Assembly (NCBI RefSeq): GCF_006345805.1
Contig: NC_042998.1
Coordinates: forward strand, 44,330,001-44,394,000
Length of the DNA: 64,000 nt
From: Octopus sinensis
Lineage: Eukaryota
Direction: 5' to 3'
Shown here: one piece after another, positions 12,501-24,694 of the stretch
Layout of the letters: each line of letters opens with the position of its first letter
How positions within the stretch are numbered: the first letter of the stretch is position 1
Translations under genes and position numbers: made by a program
The notes under the pieces: generated by a model
The model's input: the letters and a program-made list of their open reading frames with translations, nothing else
Database searches by the model: none
Told to the model about the DNA's origin: nothing

Positions 12501-13371
12501 ACTTCGTCTCTGCTGCCGGCAATGTTGTTGTTGTTATTGTTGTTGCCATGACCACCGTGGTGGTTCTGAAAATGAAATATGTTTAGAATTTTCTTCGCGA
12601 TTCCTGTTATCGAGAAATATCTAATTGAAACGTTTGATACATAAAGCTGTATTATGATTCATTTTCTCCTGCATATATAAATTATTGGTTAACATTCAAA
12701 TACTATTAAATATTTTACGTAGCGTTTCTGTTTATTTCCCATCATCGTCAATGCTATTAATGTAGCTAAAATTGGGTATTTTAACAACAGATAGAAGATT
12801 AAAATAAACATTAAGAAAATATTACTTTTAGCATTGATCAATGCCGATAGCTGCTTCCTCATATTTTTCGCTAAATAATTTAGACAAAGTTTTCTTATAT
12901 GAATACAAATCCCCATATTTATAATGTTATTACTGATATAATAGAATCGAAATTACTCAAACAGTGAATCGTAAGCAATTGAAATTGCCATTTTGCTCCG
13001 GCTAGAAGCAGATCGCAATAATTTATCCCAACAAATTACTAGTAGTTATTGCATTTATCCTAGAAAAGTAAAAAAAATAACCGAACGAAAATAAATAATG
13101 GTTCAAGAAAGACAATTTTACTGTAAAGGTAAGATAATTTATGAAATTCCTTTATTTGTTTGTTTTGTTATTTTTAATACGATAGGAGTGAAATATGATT
13201 TAACAAACTCAATCACAAAATCAGAAGGAATACCATATTTAGACTTGAAATTATGCATACCGGGTTCCAATTTTATTGAATTGGTTTTTGCTTCTGTCTA
13301 TTCCGTGGTCAGTAACATAAGTTACAATCGTTCACTGAGATCGATTCAATCAAGAATTCAATTTTTTACAG

Positions 13372-13395
13372 GGAAGAGAGTGGAAGAACCTCTAT
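13372..13395 (+). CDS. Candidate 24-nt microexon (EESGRTS in phase 2)
   Basis: caattttttacAG|GGAAGAGAGTGGAAGAACCTCTAT|GTAAGT: strong splice sites, frame-preserving, GAA-rich. In phase 2 it joins in frame to 20251 (..TS-M-INRE..). Linkage is inferred. Confidence 0.3.
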
Positions 13396-14094
13396 GTAAG
13401 TGCTCTACATACAGCATAGAGCAACCAAATCGTACTCCATTCCTTATCGTAATAGAAAGGATTGGTTGCATAAGAGGGTCTAACAAAAACTATCTTAAAA
13501 ATTCAATGGCCTCGACTTCAATGCTTTTCGGAATATATGTCGACTGTTAAGCAACAACAAGGCCCTTGCTTATTTATTTTTCATTCATTGCTAAAACTGT
13601 ATACTCAATAAACTAAAAATTTCAATTCTTTAGATACATTTTACTCGCGTTAATCGATACGTCCTTATCTTCTTCATTTATGTCAATTCACGATGAACTC
13701 TTCTCAGCGTAGCTATTCTTCAGGCTGAGATTACTTTAATGAGGATTACATGCTGCACGGAATTTCTAAGTCAGCCACAACTCAGTAAAAAAGCATGGTA
13801 TAATAGATGTAAACATATGTAATCATACCTTGATACTGCATGAAGTGAAATCCCGTTGAGAGACACCTAATAATATACAAAGTCTTAAATATTCATAGTA
13901 TTCATATTAGCTGATCCAGTTCTCTGAAGCTAATGGATTTGTTATGTATATAAAGAGATAAAGAGATTGGCTATTTTTCTCTCGTATTTGTCAATAGATG
14001 TAGACATCTTTGATGAAAATCCAATAAGGATCGAAAACTGATTAAAGATCATCGTCGTTTTATCTACGGAGAAATAGGTAGATTCGCCGTGACC

Positions 14095-14285
14095 GCGTGT
14101 GTACCGTTGGCGATTTTTGTCCTCCGTCTTCCCTTCTTTGGATCTTTCCTTTTCCTATGTTTCTGACGAAGAGCTCCGCTCCAAACGTTAAACCCTCCTT
14201 CTTTCCTGAGCGTCCAATAATACTATACTTGTTCCACGTCCTCGCGTTGTTGTGTTTTCTCTTTGTGTTTTCATGTTTGGATTCA
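14095..14285 (+). mobile_element. PLE-terminus-like repeat H1 copy; hammerhead motif 14159-14193 with G12>C
   Basis: Homologous to 49030-49190; CAAACGTT instead of GAAACGTT. Confidence 0.75.
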
Positions 14286-14298
14286 CTTTATATATATA

Positions 14299-14545
14299 TC
14301 TCTTATTATAAAAGGCAGATTTTATCTGCCTCCCTTTGGGAGTTATACAAATCTACAATATAGGATTTCTTCAATTACAATTTACCTAGCATTTTTGAGA
14401 GTACAATGCATCGCGTCATGCCAGGTCCAGTTTTTAAAATTTAAACTCCAATTAAGCAAAATTTACAGAAAACTCACATTCTGGTGTGTGTGTCAAATGC
14501 TTTTCTTAGTCTGGTTTACACCACACGCAAACGCACACACACAGT
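14299..14545 (+). mobile_element. Helitron/DINE-like repeat He2; inverted copy at 17570-17813
   Basis: TCTTATTATAAAAGGCAGATTTTATCTGCCTCCC start with GGCAGA/TCTGCC hairpin; reverse-complement homologue ends at 17813. Confidence 0.6.
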
Positions 14546-14722
14546 GGGCAACGAATAAAATGAAAGTAAATAGCGACAGAGTGATTTGAGGAAGACTAAA
14601 GTGAAAGTATTCTGTCTATGACGCTGATAGATACATGAGTAAAATGTATGGGAAGCTAAGAGCTAAGAGTGCGTGAAAATGTTCTTGGAAGAGAGTAATT
14701 AGTAATAAAGTAAACATACACT

Positions 14723-14925
14723 CATACATACATACATACATACATACATACATACATACATACATACATACATACATACATACATACATACACACATACA
14801 TACATACACACACACACACATACACACACACATACATACACACACACATACATACATACATACATACATATACATACATACATACATATACATACATACA
14901 TACACACACACACATACACACACAG
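14723..14925. repeat. (CATA)n/(CA)n microsatellite
   Basis: Direct reading. Confidence 0.95.
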
Positions 14926-15114
14926 TATTGAAGCTTGAGAACAATCAGATACATTTGCAACACATCTGTTGAAAATATTATTGTTCACACACATACATAT
15001 ACATATATACATACAGACAGACAGACAGATAGACACACACACACACACACACACACATGATCCAGCATGGCCACAACCTCAAGGCTGAAACATATAAAAG
15101 AATAACAGAATATA

Positions 15115-15475
15115 ATGTGTGCAAAGTACAAGAAATATTAATGCAGTATATGGGGATTGGACAATAAGCGTAAGGCAGTGTCAATGGTGGTTCCAGAAAT
15201 CCCGAGCCATAAACTACAGCCTAGAAGACGAGCCTCATCCTGAAAGATCTGTAGAACTCGACAAGGACATCCTGAAAACCCTGGTGGAACAAAATATCAT
15301 CGTAACTGTTGAGGAACTAGCAGAGAAGCTTGGATTTGGTCATTCAACCATTCATTGACACCTGTGTGCTATCGGAAAAGTCAGCAAATTGGGTCAATGG
15401 GTTCCTCACGAACTTTCCGAGTCTAATTGCATGCAGAGAGTGAATGTATGCTTTTCTTTGCTGTCATATCTCACC
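15115..15475 (+). pseudogene. Mariner (Mos1-like) transposase N-terminal relic
   Basis: RNINAVYGD..SVRQCQWWF..LEDEPH..TVEELAEKLG..STIH*HL..GKVSKLGQWVPHEL (HTH + WVPHEL); in-frame stop, truncated. Confidence 0.9.
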
Positions 15476-15493
15476 GCTACTGCGCTATGTATA

Positions 15494-16129
15494 TCTATAT
15501 ATATAAAACTGTAGTTGTGTGAGTGTCTGTCCCCTTCGATTTAGATTCCTAACTACTCCCACATTTTGCGGTACAGTTTAACGAAATTCGGGTAGCTTAT
15601 AGTCGTGATTCATATCGAGCCCGTCTGAATATTAGCGCGCGTCTACGATGAGTCTACGATTTTAAAAATAATTTAACATCATTTTTTATTCCATTTTAAT
15701 GCATAATTTTACGTGTGTCGATGGCGGCGGAGTTGGCGTCCACGCTCACACCTGCACCTGTGGGGAAGGGAGTGTAAGGAAATCAACGTCGTAATGCGTT
15801 GTCAAGGAGACCAGTGTTCTTTTAGAACAACGACTTCATGGCTTGAAGACACCAAAACAGAAATGGCTAGGAAAGCGTCTACATGAGTCTACGATTTAAA
15901 AAAAAATTTACCATCGTTTTTTTCCATTTTAATGCATTTTTTCGCTATTATATAAGGGAAGTAACTCTCTAAAAATGTCTACGATGAGTCAACGATTTAA
16001 AAAAAAATTTACCATCATATTTTTTCCATTTTGAATGCATTTTTTGCTATTTTTTTGCTATAACTCTCTAAAAATGCTTATATAGTTATTTCCATTACAA
16101 ACCTGAGCAACGCCGGGCGATACTGCTAG
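15494..16129 (+). mobile_element. Non-autonomous Helitron-like element (family He1)
   Basis: A|TCTATATATATAAAA start; CCTG-AGCAACGC-CGGG hairpin then CTAG|T end; internal duplication of the gtctacgat..aaaaaa..ttaccatc block. Confidence 0.8.
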
Positions 16130-16267
16130 TATATATATATATATAACGCTCGGGAAGTGAAAAGGTCTTTAACGTTTCGAGCCTACTCTCTTCCACAGAA
16201 GGGAACACACAAAGAAACAAGGCGAGAAAATAAAGAATGTGTAGTGGCTCGTGATCTATATACATAC

Positions 16268-16313
<46 letters not shown>

Positions 16314-16319
16314 TATATA

Positions 16320-16715
16320 CTAGCAGTATCGCCCGGCGTTGCTCGGGTTTGTAAGGGAAATAACTATATAAGCATTTTTAGAGAGTTATAGCCAAAAAAT
16401 AGCAAAAAAATGCATTAAAAATGGAAAAAAATTAAGGTAAATTTTTTTTTAAATCGTTGACACATCGTAGATATTTTTAGAGAGTTACTTCCCTTATATA
16501 ATAGCGAGAAAATGCATTAAAATGGAAAAATATGATGGTAATTTTTTTTTAAATCGTAGACTCATCGTAGACGCGCGCTAATACCCAGAAGGGCTCGATA
16601 TGACTCACGACTTTAAGATACCCGCTTTTGGTTAAACTGCACCGCAAAATGTGGGAGTAGTTACGAATCTAAATCGTAGGAGACAGACACACAACTTCAC
16701 TTTTATATATAAAGA
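16320..16715 (-). mobile_element. Non-autonomous Helitron-like element He1, tail-to-tail with 15494-16129
   Basis: Minus strand A|TCTTTATATATAAAA...CCCGAGCAACGCCGGG-CGATACTG-CTAG|T. Confidence 0.8.
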
Positions 16716-16827
16716 TATAAGCCACGTAGTTATATACACATACTTTGTTATATACACATTCTTAAAAGAAAATGTTATTTTGAACACAACATTTATAAAG
16801 AATAAATTATTTTTTGGTTTTTCTTAA

Positions 16828-17530
16828 CCCTTTCGTTACTATATTTCTGACCAAAATACAACCCTTATGTGTTTCAATTAATTTCTAACGTAATCATAAA
16901 TTTAGTCTGGTTTCATTAAACAACTATAACTTTTTTATTTATCAATATATTAACGTGAATTTTGGAAGATAATTTAATGAAATGTTCTCAACCAATTCTA
17001 AACTATAACTTTTGTCACAAAGTGACTCTAATTGCAGGTAGATACAGGTAAATTCAAGAATATATAAAATTATTAAAATTTTGTTCAAACATCACTATAG
17101 AAAATGGGTTATTAGCTAATATTCAATTGGGTATACAACAAAATTTTACGATAGAATTTGTTATTCTGGGTAACTTTCTGATACCCATAATAATATTTAT
17201 GGCAAAATAGGCCTTAATTTCATTTAAGGTTGTGGGAAATAACAAACTATCCTTTCTTTCGCTTTGTTTACGTTTAGCGTAACGGTTCGTTTCCGCCGTA
17301 ATGATTTCAAATGGGCTCATTCGAAAAAGTAAAAAGAAATAGTCTAAGGCTTTACTCTTCTGGGAAAGTCTGTGGCTTGGTCCAGTTTCTTCAGAAAAAT
17401 CACCGAAAGAAACAGTTTTTAAATTTTCACTCCATTCAGGTGCCAATTCATTTTCTTTATCGCTGTCGGAGCTCTCGGATTCACTGTTTTCACTTTAACC
17501 GTTGCAAACTTGCAAAGAGAAAGTCGTAGA
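16828..17530 (-). mobile_element. piggyBac relic with one TTAA-flanked terminus
   Basis: TTAA|CCCTTTCGTTAC at 16824; ORF 17123-17446 (W..F.EETGP..ALDYFFLLF..I.AETNRYA..PTTLNEIKAYFAINIIMGIRKLP) is PGBD-like; second TIR not found. Confidence 0.85.
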
Positions 17531-17569
17531 ATTAGGGTGATAGCGTGAGTGAATCAGATCGCTCCCTTT

Positions 17570-17813
17570 TTGTGTGTGTGTGTGTGCGTATGCTATAGCC
17601 CACACTAAGAAAAGCACTTGACTTAGACACCACAATGTGAGTTTTCTCTAAATTTTGCTTAATTGGGGTTGAAATTTGAAAACCTGGACATGGCACGACC
17701 CGATGCATTCTACTCTTGAAAATGCTAGGTAAATTGTAATTGAAGAAATCCTATATTGTAGATTTCTATAAGAGACAAAGGGAGGCAGATAAAATTTGCC
17801 TTTTATAATAAGA
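17570..17813 (-). mobile_element. Helitron/DINE-like repeat He2
   Basis: Reverse complement of 14299-14545. Confidence 0.6.
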
Positions 17814-17840
17814 TATATATATATGTATGTATGTATATAT

Positions 17841-17960
17841 GTAGATCACTAGCCACTACACATTCTTTATTTTCTCGCCTTGTTTCTTTGTGCGTTCCCT
17901 TCTGTGGAAGAGAGTAGGCTCGAAACGTTAAAGACTTTTTCACTTCCCGAGAGTTATACC
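17841..17960 (+). mobile_element. PLE-terminus-like repeat H3; inverted near-identical copy at 16144-16260, diverged relative at ~49930-49990
   Basis: CTGTGGA-A-GAG-AGTAGG-CTC-GAAACGTT-AAAG, a hammerhead-like layout with non-canonical core. Confidence 0.65.
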
Positions 17961-18024
17961 AATACATCTGGTTGTTGTCTACACCACCTGTCTTCGTCTT
18001 TTTTTGTTTGTTAATTCTCCCCCA

Positions 18025-18113
<89 letters not shown>

Positions 18114-18907
18114 GTATGTATATACGTGCCTGTGTGTGTAGGTGGGAAAAAGCGACGTGTTTATATCGACACTGGTTCACAAAAGATTAGACCTTTTATT
18201 TTGCTTGACTGAGAATTGATCTTCAATTCTCACCCAAGCGAAATAAAAGGTCTAATAAAATGACTGCTTTCTAGCTACAGCTTTTATAATGTTGGCTACT
18301 TCACCATGAATTTCTTTCATTCATCATATCAATCATGCATGGCCCCATCTGTCTGTATCTCACACATGGTAGTCGTTACAGTAAATTATTTTAAATATTT
18401 CATTTGAGGACATTTGAATACCCGAACGAAAAATTAGGCAAAGACTCCAGGTAGAACATACAGACGGCCCATGCAAGATTATTAAAGACTCTCATCATTT
18501 AAACGAGAGTGAAAAAGTAGCTTTGGCGCATTAGTCAACAGATTTCCACACTCGCCCAAGTTCCTCCGAGTTCTGTGGAACAGCAAGACTAAAAATGAAA
18601 AGAACAGTTAGCTCATAAGGCCAAAAGGGACAAAATACAGTGCCAAGTTACAGAGGAAATTAAGCATCAACTTCTCTTAGCAAGGAATTTTTTAAGATTA
18701 ACAAGAAACCAGAGAGATAATGCTCTATGTTGTTCTCGTTCTAGGATAAATCCTACGTTGGTGGCGACAGATCAAAAGAAATTCATGCCAAATAATAAAA
18801 CTTAGAGCCCAAGAAAAAAAAGCAGTCATCGGAAAAAGTGATTTGAATCATAAAATGAAAGAGAGAGGAGGTGAGGAGAGAGAGGATGTGATATATACTA
18901 TTTCTCT

Positions 18908-19320
18908 CTTTTACTCTTTTACTTGTTTCAGTAATTTGAGTGCGGCCATGCTAGGGCACCGCCTTTAGTCGAGCAAATCGACCCCAGAGCTTATTCTTTG
19001 TAAGCTTAGTACTTATTCTATCGGTCTCTTATGCCGAACCGCTAAGTTACGGGGACGTAAACATACCAGCATCGGTTGTCAAGCAATATTGGGTGGACAA
19101 ACAGAGACACATAAAATATATACACACATATACATATACATATATATATATATATATACATATATACCACGGACTTCTTCCAGTTTCCGTCTACCAAATC
19201 TACTTACAAGGCTTTGGTCGGCCCGAGGCTATAGTAGAAGACAATTGCCCAAGATTCTACGCAGTGGGACTGAACCCGTAGCACGTGGTTGGTAAGCAAG
19301 CTACTTACTACACAGCCACT
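18908..19320 (-). mobile_element. tRNA-derived CORE-like SINE family B with internal microsatellite
   Basis: Minus strand AGTGGCTGTGTAGTAAGTAGC..GGGTTCAGTCCC head, cttgggcaa CORE-like block, (TA/TG)n, tail ending ctgaaacaagtaaaagag. Confidence 0.85.
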
Positions 19321-20250
19321 GAGTAGGGAGAGGGAGAAAGAGAGAGAGAGAGAGATGGATTAAAGTTTGTAGAAATTGCAAGTTTAGTTGAATTAGAAGA
19401 CAGAAAAGATGGTTGTGGAGGATATAGGTAGCAAACGTTTCTGTGGATGCTGTGAAAACTGAAAAAAATTAAGATAAATTGATACCCTCACAAAACAAAA
19501 GTACCAAAGAATATTGAGAATATTGGTAAGAATATTGAGAATACGGAGCTATTAAAAACAAAGTCATTTCAATTAGTACATATAATGACCACGTGAAGGA
19601 GAATGGAATCGGTAGATTGAGATGTTAGCAACAATGCTAAAAACAATGAAAATTAAAGTATGGAGAGGAGTAGGATAGGTAGAGGTTGTCTGTAAGAATC
19701 AAGTAATGAAAAGTAAAAAAAGAAACTCTGGGAAAAACAATTAAATTTCAAGAACTGATTTGTTTACGCTGTAAGCAACAAACGTATATCTACAAAGAAT
19801 TCAGAGAGAATAATGACAAAAGGAGCGGCCATACACATTGACATGTCATATCAAATAGTTATTTCTAGAGAAAAGTTATTTTAACACATACATTCATTTC
19901 AGAGTTTTAGTTTTCATGATTGTTAAATTTACACGAGATTTCCATTACAGCCTGGTCACATTATATAATTTCTTCAAAGCAGGACAGAGTACCCGCAGCG
20001 CAGATATGCATACACGTATACACAAACAGAAAGATAATACCGATACTTTATATTGATCATGTTTTGCCCGCTAGTCCTGAAACATATAAGTTTATTGTTC
20101 TATATTTACAGTTTGAAAAGTAAACATTACAGGATTGTATTTGAATAAATGAACCCTAAATTTGTCTTAGAGTTATTTTATTAAAATAAACGGATAACAA
20201 ATTCGTAATCGTATTTCATATTTGCCCTAATAATTGTTAATCTATTGCAG

Positions 20251-20409
20251 GATTAATCGTGAAAGACAGGCGGAATGTAGACGCAGAGCAATGCAAGGGA
20301 GAGCGTCGATAGACAGCACTTCATGGCATATGCTACGTAGTGTATCAGAGGAGAGAAGACAGTCATCCGGCAGTTACCTTTCACCAACAACGAATGCAAT
20401 TCAACTTGG
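20251..20409 (+). CDS. Putative internal coding exon of an unidentified host gene (INRERQAECRRRAMQGRASIDSTSWHMLRSVSEERRQSSGSYLSPTTNAIQL)
   Basis: Acceptor ttaatctattgcAG ends at 20250; donor GG|GTAAGT at 20410. Length 159 nt (multiple of 3, phase 2/2), with only one frame open. GC-richer than flanks, Ser/Arg-rich peptide, no resemblance to the window's repeat families. Family not recognised. Confidence 0.6.
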
Positions 20410-20490
20410 GTAAGTCTTAATTGTTACAAATTTATTATGTTCTAAAGAAATATATAATACTGTAACCAAAATAACATTCCCATATATTTG

Positions 20491-20521
<31 letters not shown>

Positions 20522-21020
20522 GTATGGTACAATTCCTCAATAGTCAAGATAAAACTCTGAGTTTCAGATGCCTAAGTGGAAATCCACAACACCATCTCTT
20601 CGGTTATATGGCCATCTGAAAAAACGCTATGAAAAAATACCGTTATATAAAGGGGAGATTAATGTGTTATAATTCTTCTACTTATATTTCCTCTATTGAG
20701 GTCTCTTTCTTTCTTTTGTTAATCTTACCGTTTTTACCAATATATAATATATATCTATATATATATATATCTATATATATATATATATATAGATATATAT
20801 ATATATATATATACTATGTATATATATATATACATATTATATATAATATATCTATAACTATATATATATAAATATATATATAATAAATATATATACATAT
20901 TATATACATATATATATATACATATATATAGATATACATATATATATATTACATATATATATTATACATATATATATATAATACATATAATATTCTATAT
21001 ATACATATATATATACATAC

Positions 21021-21053
<33 letters not shown>

Positions 21054-21307
21054 CATATGTATATATATATATATATAATAAATATATATATATATATGTG
21101 TGTGTTGTGTGTATATATATATATACATATAAACACACACCTACACAACACACACACACATATATATATATATTATATATATGTATGTATAATAACATAA
21201 TTCTCGGATGGAATTATAAGTATTCATGTATAGGTACGCGCGTTTCCACAAGTCCTTGGGATGCTTAGTCTATAGTATCCATGGGCATCAGGTTATCATC
21301 ATTCACA

Positions 21308-21407
21308 NNNNNNNNNNNNNNNNNNNNNNNNNNNNNNNNNNNNNNNNNNNNNNNNNNNNNNNNNNNNNNNNNNNNNNNNNNNNNNNNNNNNNNNNNNNNN
21401 NNNNNNN
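21308..21407. other. Scaffold gap (100 N)
   Basis: Exactly 100 n characters. Confidence 1.
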
Positions 21408-21506
21408 CAGCACTTCATGGCATATGCTACGTAGTGTATCAGAGGAGAGAAGACAGTCATCGCGGCAGTTACCTTTCACCAACAACGAATGCAATTCAAC
21501 ACTTGG
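21408..21506 (+). other. Second partial copy of the 20251-20409 exon right after the N gap (probable assembly overlap)
   Basis: Matches 20314-20409 except a 1-nt and a 2-nt insertion; same GTAAGT donor follows. Confidence 0.7.
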
Positions 21507-21834
21507 GTAAGTCTTAATTGTTTACAAATTTATTATGTTCTAAAGAAATATATAATACTGTAAACCAAAATAACATTCCCATATATTTGTATATATATAT
21601 ATTATATATATATATATAATAGTATGGTACAATTCCTCAATAGTCAAGATAAAACTCTGAGTTTTTCAGATGCCTAAGTTGGAAATCCACAACACCATCT
21701 CTTCGGTTATATGGCCCTCTGAAAAAACGCTATGAAAAAATACCGTTATATAAAGGGAGATAATGTGTTATAATCTGCACTTATATTTCCTCTATTGAGG
21801 TCTCTTTCTTTCTTTGTTATCTTACCGTTTTTAC

Positions 21835-21906
<72 letters not shown>

Positions 21907-21919
21907 ATATATACATATG

Positions 21920-21951
<32 letters not shown>

Positions 21952-22048
21952 GATAATATATATATATAATATATATATTAAATATATATACATATATATA
22001 TACATATATATATATACATATATATATATATACTATATATATATATAC

Positions 22049-22092
<44 letters not shown>

Positions 22093-22171
22093 CTATATAA
22101 CTATATATACATACATATATATACATATATATATATATATATAATATACATATGTATATATATATATATAA

Positions 22172-22203
<32 letters not shown>

Positions 22204-22396
22204 ATATATATATATACATATAAACACACCATACACACACACACATATATATATATATATAATATATGTATGTATAATAACAATAATTCTCGGATGGAAT
22301 TGATAAGTATTCATGTATAGGTACGCGCGTTTCCACAAGTCCTTGGGATGCTTAGTCTATAGTATCCATGGGCATCAGGTTTATCATCATTCACAG

Positions 22397-22421
22397 ATTT
22401 CTTCACGCGATACTGCATTAG
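22397..22421 (+). CDS. Candidate terminal coding segment (GFLHAILH* if phase 2)
   Basis: tcattcacAG at 22396 followed by GC-richer unique sequence. Weak polypyrimidine tract; other phases read DFFTRYCISG* or ISSRDTALVDESQRDLYSYMPV*. Confidence 0.2.
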
Positions 22422-22506
22422 TGGATGAATCACAGAGGGATCTTTATTCGTATATGCCAGTATGAAGGCCAATCTAGTCACATATATAATGTATTATCTA
22501 TTCTTA

Positions 22507-22560
<54 letters not shown>

Positions 22561-22974
22561 GTATATATATGTATTTATATATATATATATATATATATAT
22601 GTGTTTGTGTGTGTGTGTGTGTGTGTGTTTATATGCCTGTGTTTATATGCCTGTGTGCACATGTGTGCCAACTTATATTTCTGTTTGTATTACTTGTATC
22701 TTACTCAGGCCGTATAAATTTACAAGTACTAATTATTGTAAACCATTGAAATAAGTATTGAATTTTTAATTTTGTAAAACTATCACTTTCGTAATTATTA
22801 AACCGTTTGCAATAATTGATTATCTGTTAATTTACATCTTGTATTATATTAATATCAAATTTGAAGGCTGGTTTCCAATTTGGTATCTTTATATCTTAAC
22901 CTTTGCGAGTAAGTTAAACAGCCCGGATCAATTTTCATTACTCGATATGGATAACTACAGCAACAACGAACGCA

Positions 22975-23375
22975 TGTATGTGTGTATGTATGTATGTATG
23001 TATGTATGTATGTATGTATGTATGTATGTATGTATGTATGTTGTATGTGTGTATATATGCATATATGTACGAAAACTATGTATGTATGAATGGATAAAAT
23101 GTATGTGCGTACATTAACGAATCTCCTCATATATATATTATGTATATAGTATATATATATTATGTATATATCTATATATATATATATATATATATATTTG
23201 TATATATATATATTATGTAATATATATATATATATATATATATATATCTATATATATATATATATAATATATATATATATATTATATATATATATATATA
23301 TATCTATTATATTATACATATTATATATATTATTATATATATATATATATTATAAATTATATATAATATTATTTG

Positions 23376-23405
<30 letters not shown>
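22975..23405. repeat. (GTAT)n and (TA)n microsatellites
   Basis: Direct reading. Confidence 0.9.
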
Positions 23406-23407
<2 letters not shown>

Positions 23408-23409
23408 TA

Positions 23410-23600
23410 ATCCCAACAAGAACGCGAGGACGTGGAACAAATATAGTATTATTGGACGCTCAGGAAAGAAGGAAAGAAGGAAAGAAGGAGGGTTTAACGT
23501 TTCGAGCAGAGCTCTTCGTCGGAAATATAGGAAAACGAAAGATCCAGAGAAGGGAAGACAGAGGAAAAAAAATCGCCAACGGTACACACGAGGCTACATT
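23410..23600 (-). mobile_element. PLE-terminus-like repeat H1 copy; hammerhead motif 23492-23526 with U4>C
   Basis: Reverse complement of 14095-14285; core reads CCGACGA. Confidence 0.75.
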
Positions 23601-24409
23601 TTGAAAGACCGGAAGGAATAGGGTGAAGAAAGATGTTTTCAAAGACAGAAGAGTAGTATAGTCAAAGACAGCAGAATGGTAGGCGGGGGAATGTGTGTGT
23701 AAGTGTGGATATGTGCGTGCGCGGATTTCTGCGTGTGCGTATGTGTGTATATGTGTGCAATGATGACACGTGTGTGTGTATGTATGTGTGTGTGCGTGTG
23801 TGTGTGTATGTGTGTGTGGTTGTAGCTGTAAACAAAGGGCTAGTAGTAAGGCTGGCTAGTTTGTAAGAATAAGGAGTGGTGTTTTTGTCCCTGCCACAAG
23901 TCAGTGCTGTTACTTTGAAGTATGTGTATGTGTGCATGTATGTATACGTATCGTGTGTGTGTGTTTTGTTTGTAGTGTGTGTGTGTATGTATGTGTGTGT
24001 TCGTGTGTGTATGCGTAGAGTTTGGGTGTGTGGCGAATAACTGTGCTTTACTTAGTGTATGTGTGCGTGTGTGCTTGTACGTGCGTATGTGTGTATATAT
24101 GTATGTATAATTGTGTGCCGTGTGTATGGGATGTATGTGTGGGTTCCTTTGTGTGTATGTGTGTGTATGTATGTGCGTGCGTGTCGTATATGCGTATAGT
24201 TGTGTGTGCGTGTACGTGTGCGTTTGTATGTGTGTGTGTGTAAGCGTATATGGATGTGTATGAGTGTATCCGTGGGGTTGTGAGTTTTGGGTGTGCGCAT
24301 TGGTGAGCGTGTGTGCGTATATATATGAGGTATATATATTCTTTTATTCTTATACTGGTTTCAGCCAGAGATTAGGCCCAGACTGGAGCACCGCCTTTCA
24401 GTGTTTTGG

Positions 24410-24580
24410 GGTCTCCTTTCGGTATTGTTTTTGGTGAAGAAGCAAGCTGGACGAAGCTGTTCTTTATGCCTCCTGATGTGATGTGGGATCATCTGGCATT
24501 TCTTGCCTTCTCTCCAAGGAACAGAGCTTCAGTTCTTGTAGCCTTACCCATTAACTCATTTGTTTCACCGAGTCTCTATA
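24410..24580 (-). mobile_element. CR1-like LINE 3' ORF relic
   Basis: Minus strand WVRLQELKLCSLERRQE resembles the CR1 L..L.L.SLERRR motif. Confidence 0.45.
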
Positions 24581-24650
24581 TATATATGTATGTATGTATG
24601 TGTGTATGTATGTATGTATCTATGTATGTATATATGTACGTATGCATGTA

Positions 24651-24694
<44 letters not shown>

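Larger units (their letters stand above)
20314..22395 (+). repeat. ~1-kb direct duplication flanking the gap (20314-21307 vs 21408-22395)
   Basis: Both copies run from cagcacttcatgg to atcatcattcaca and differ mainly by small indels and TA-tract length. Confidence 0.9.

Noticed and set aside
13098-13550. 150-aa ORF and a possible first exon MVQERQFYCK|GTAAGA
   Set aside because: The ORF reads through AT-rich intron-like sequence. As an exon it forces phase 1, which creates TGA at the 20251 junction.
2840-19760. Purine-rich stretches (2840-3560, 6730-7100, 10840-11290, 18400-18700, 19320-19760) as genes
   Set aside because: Stops in all frames; they look like very old retroelement debris, too degraded to classify.
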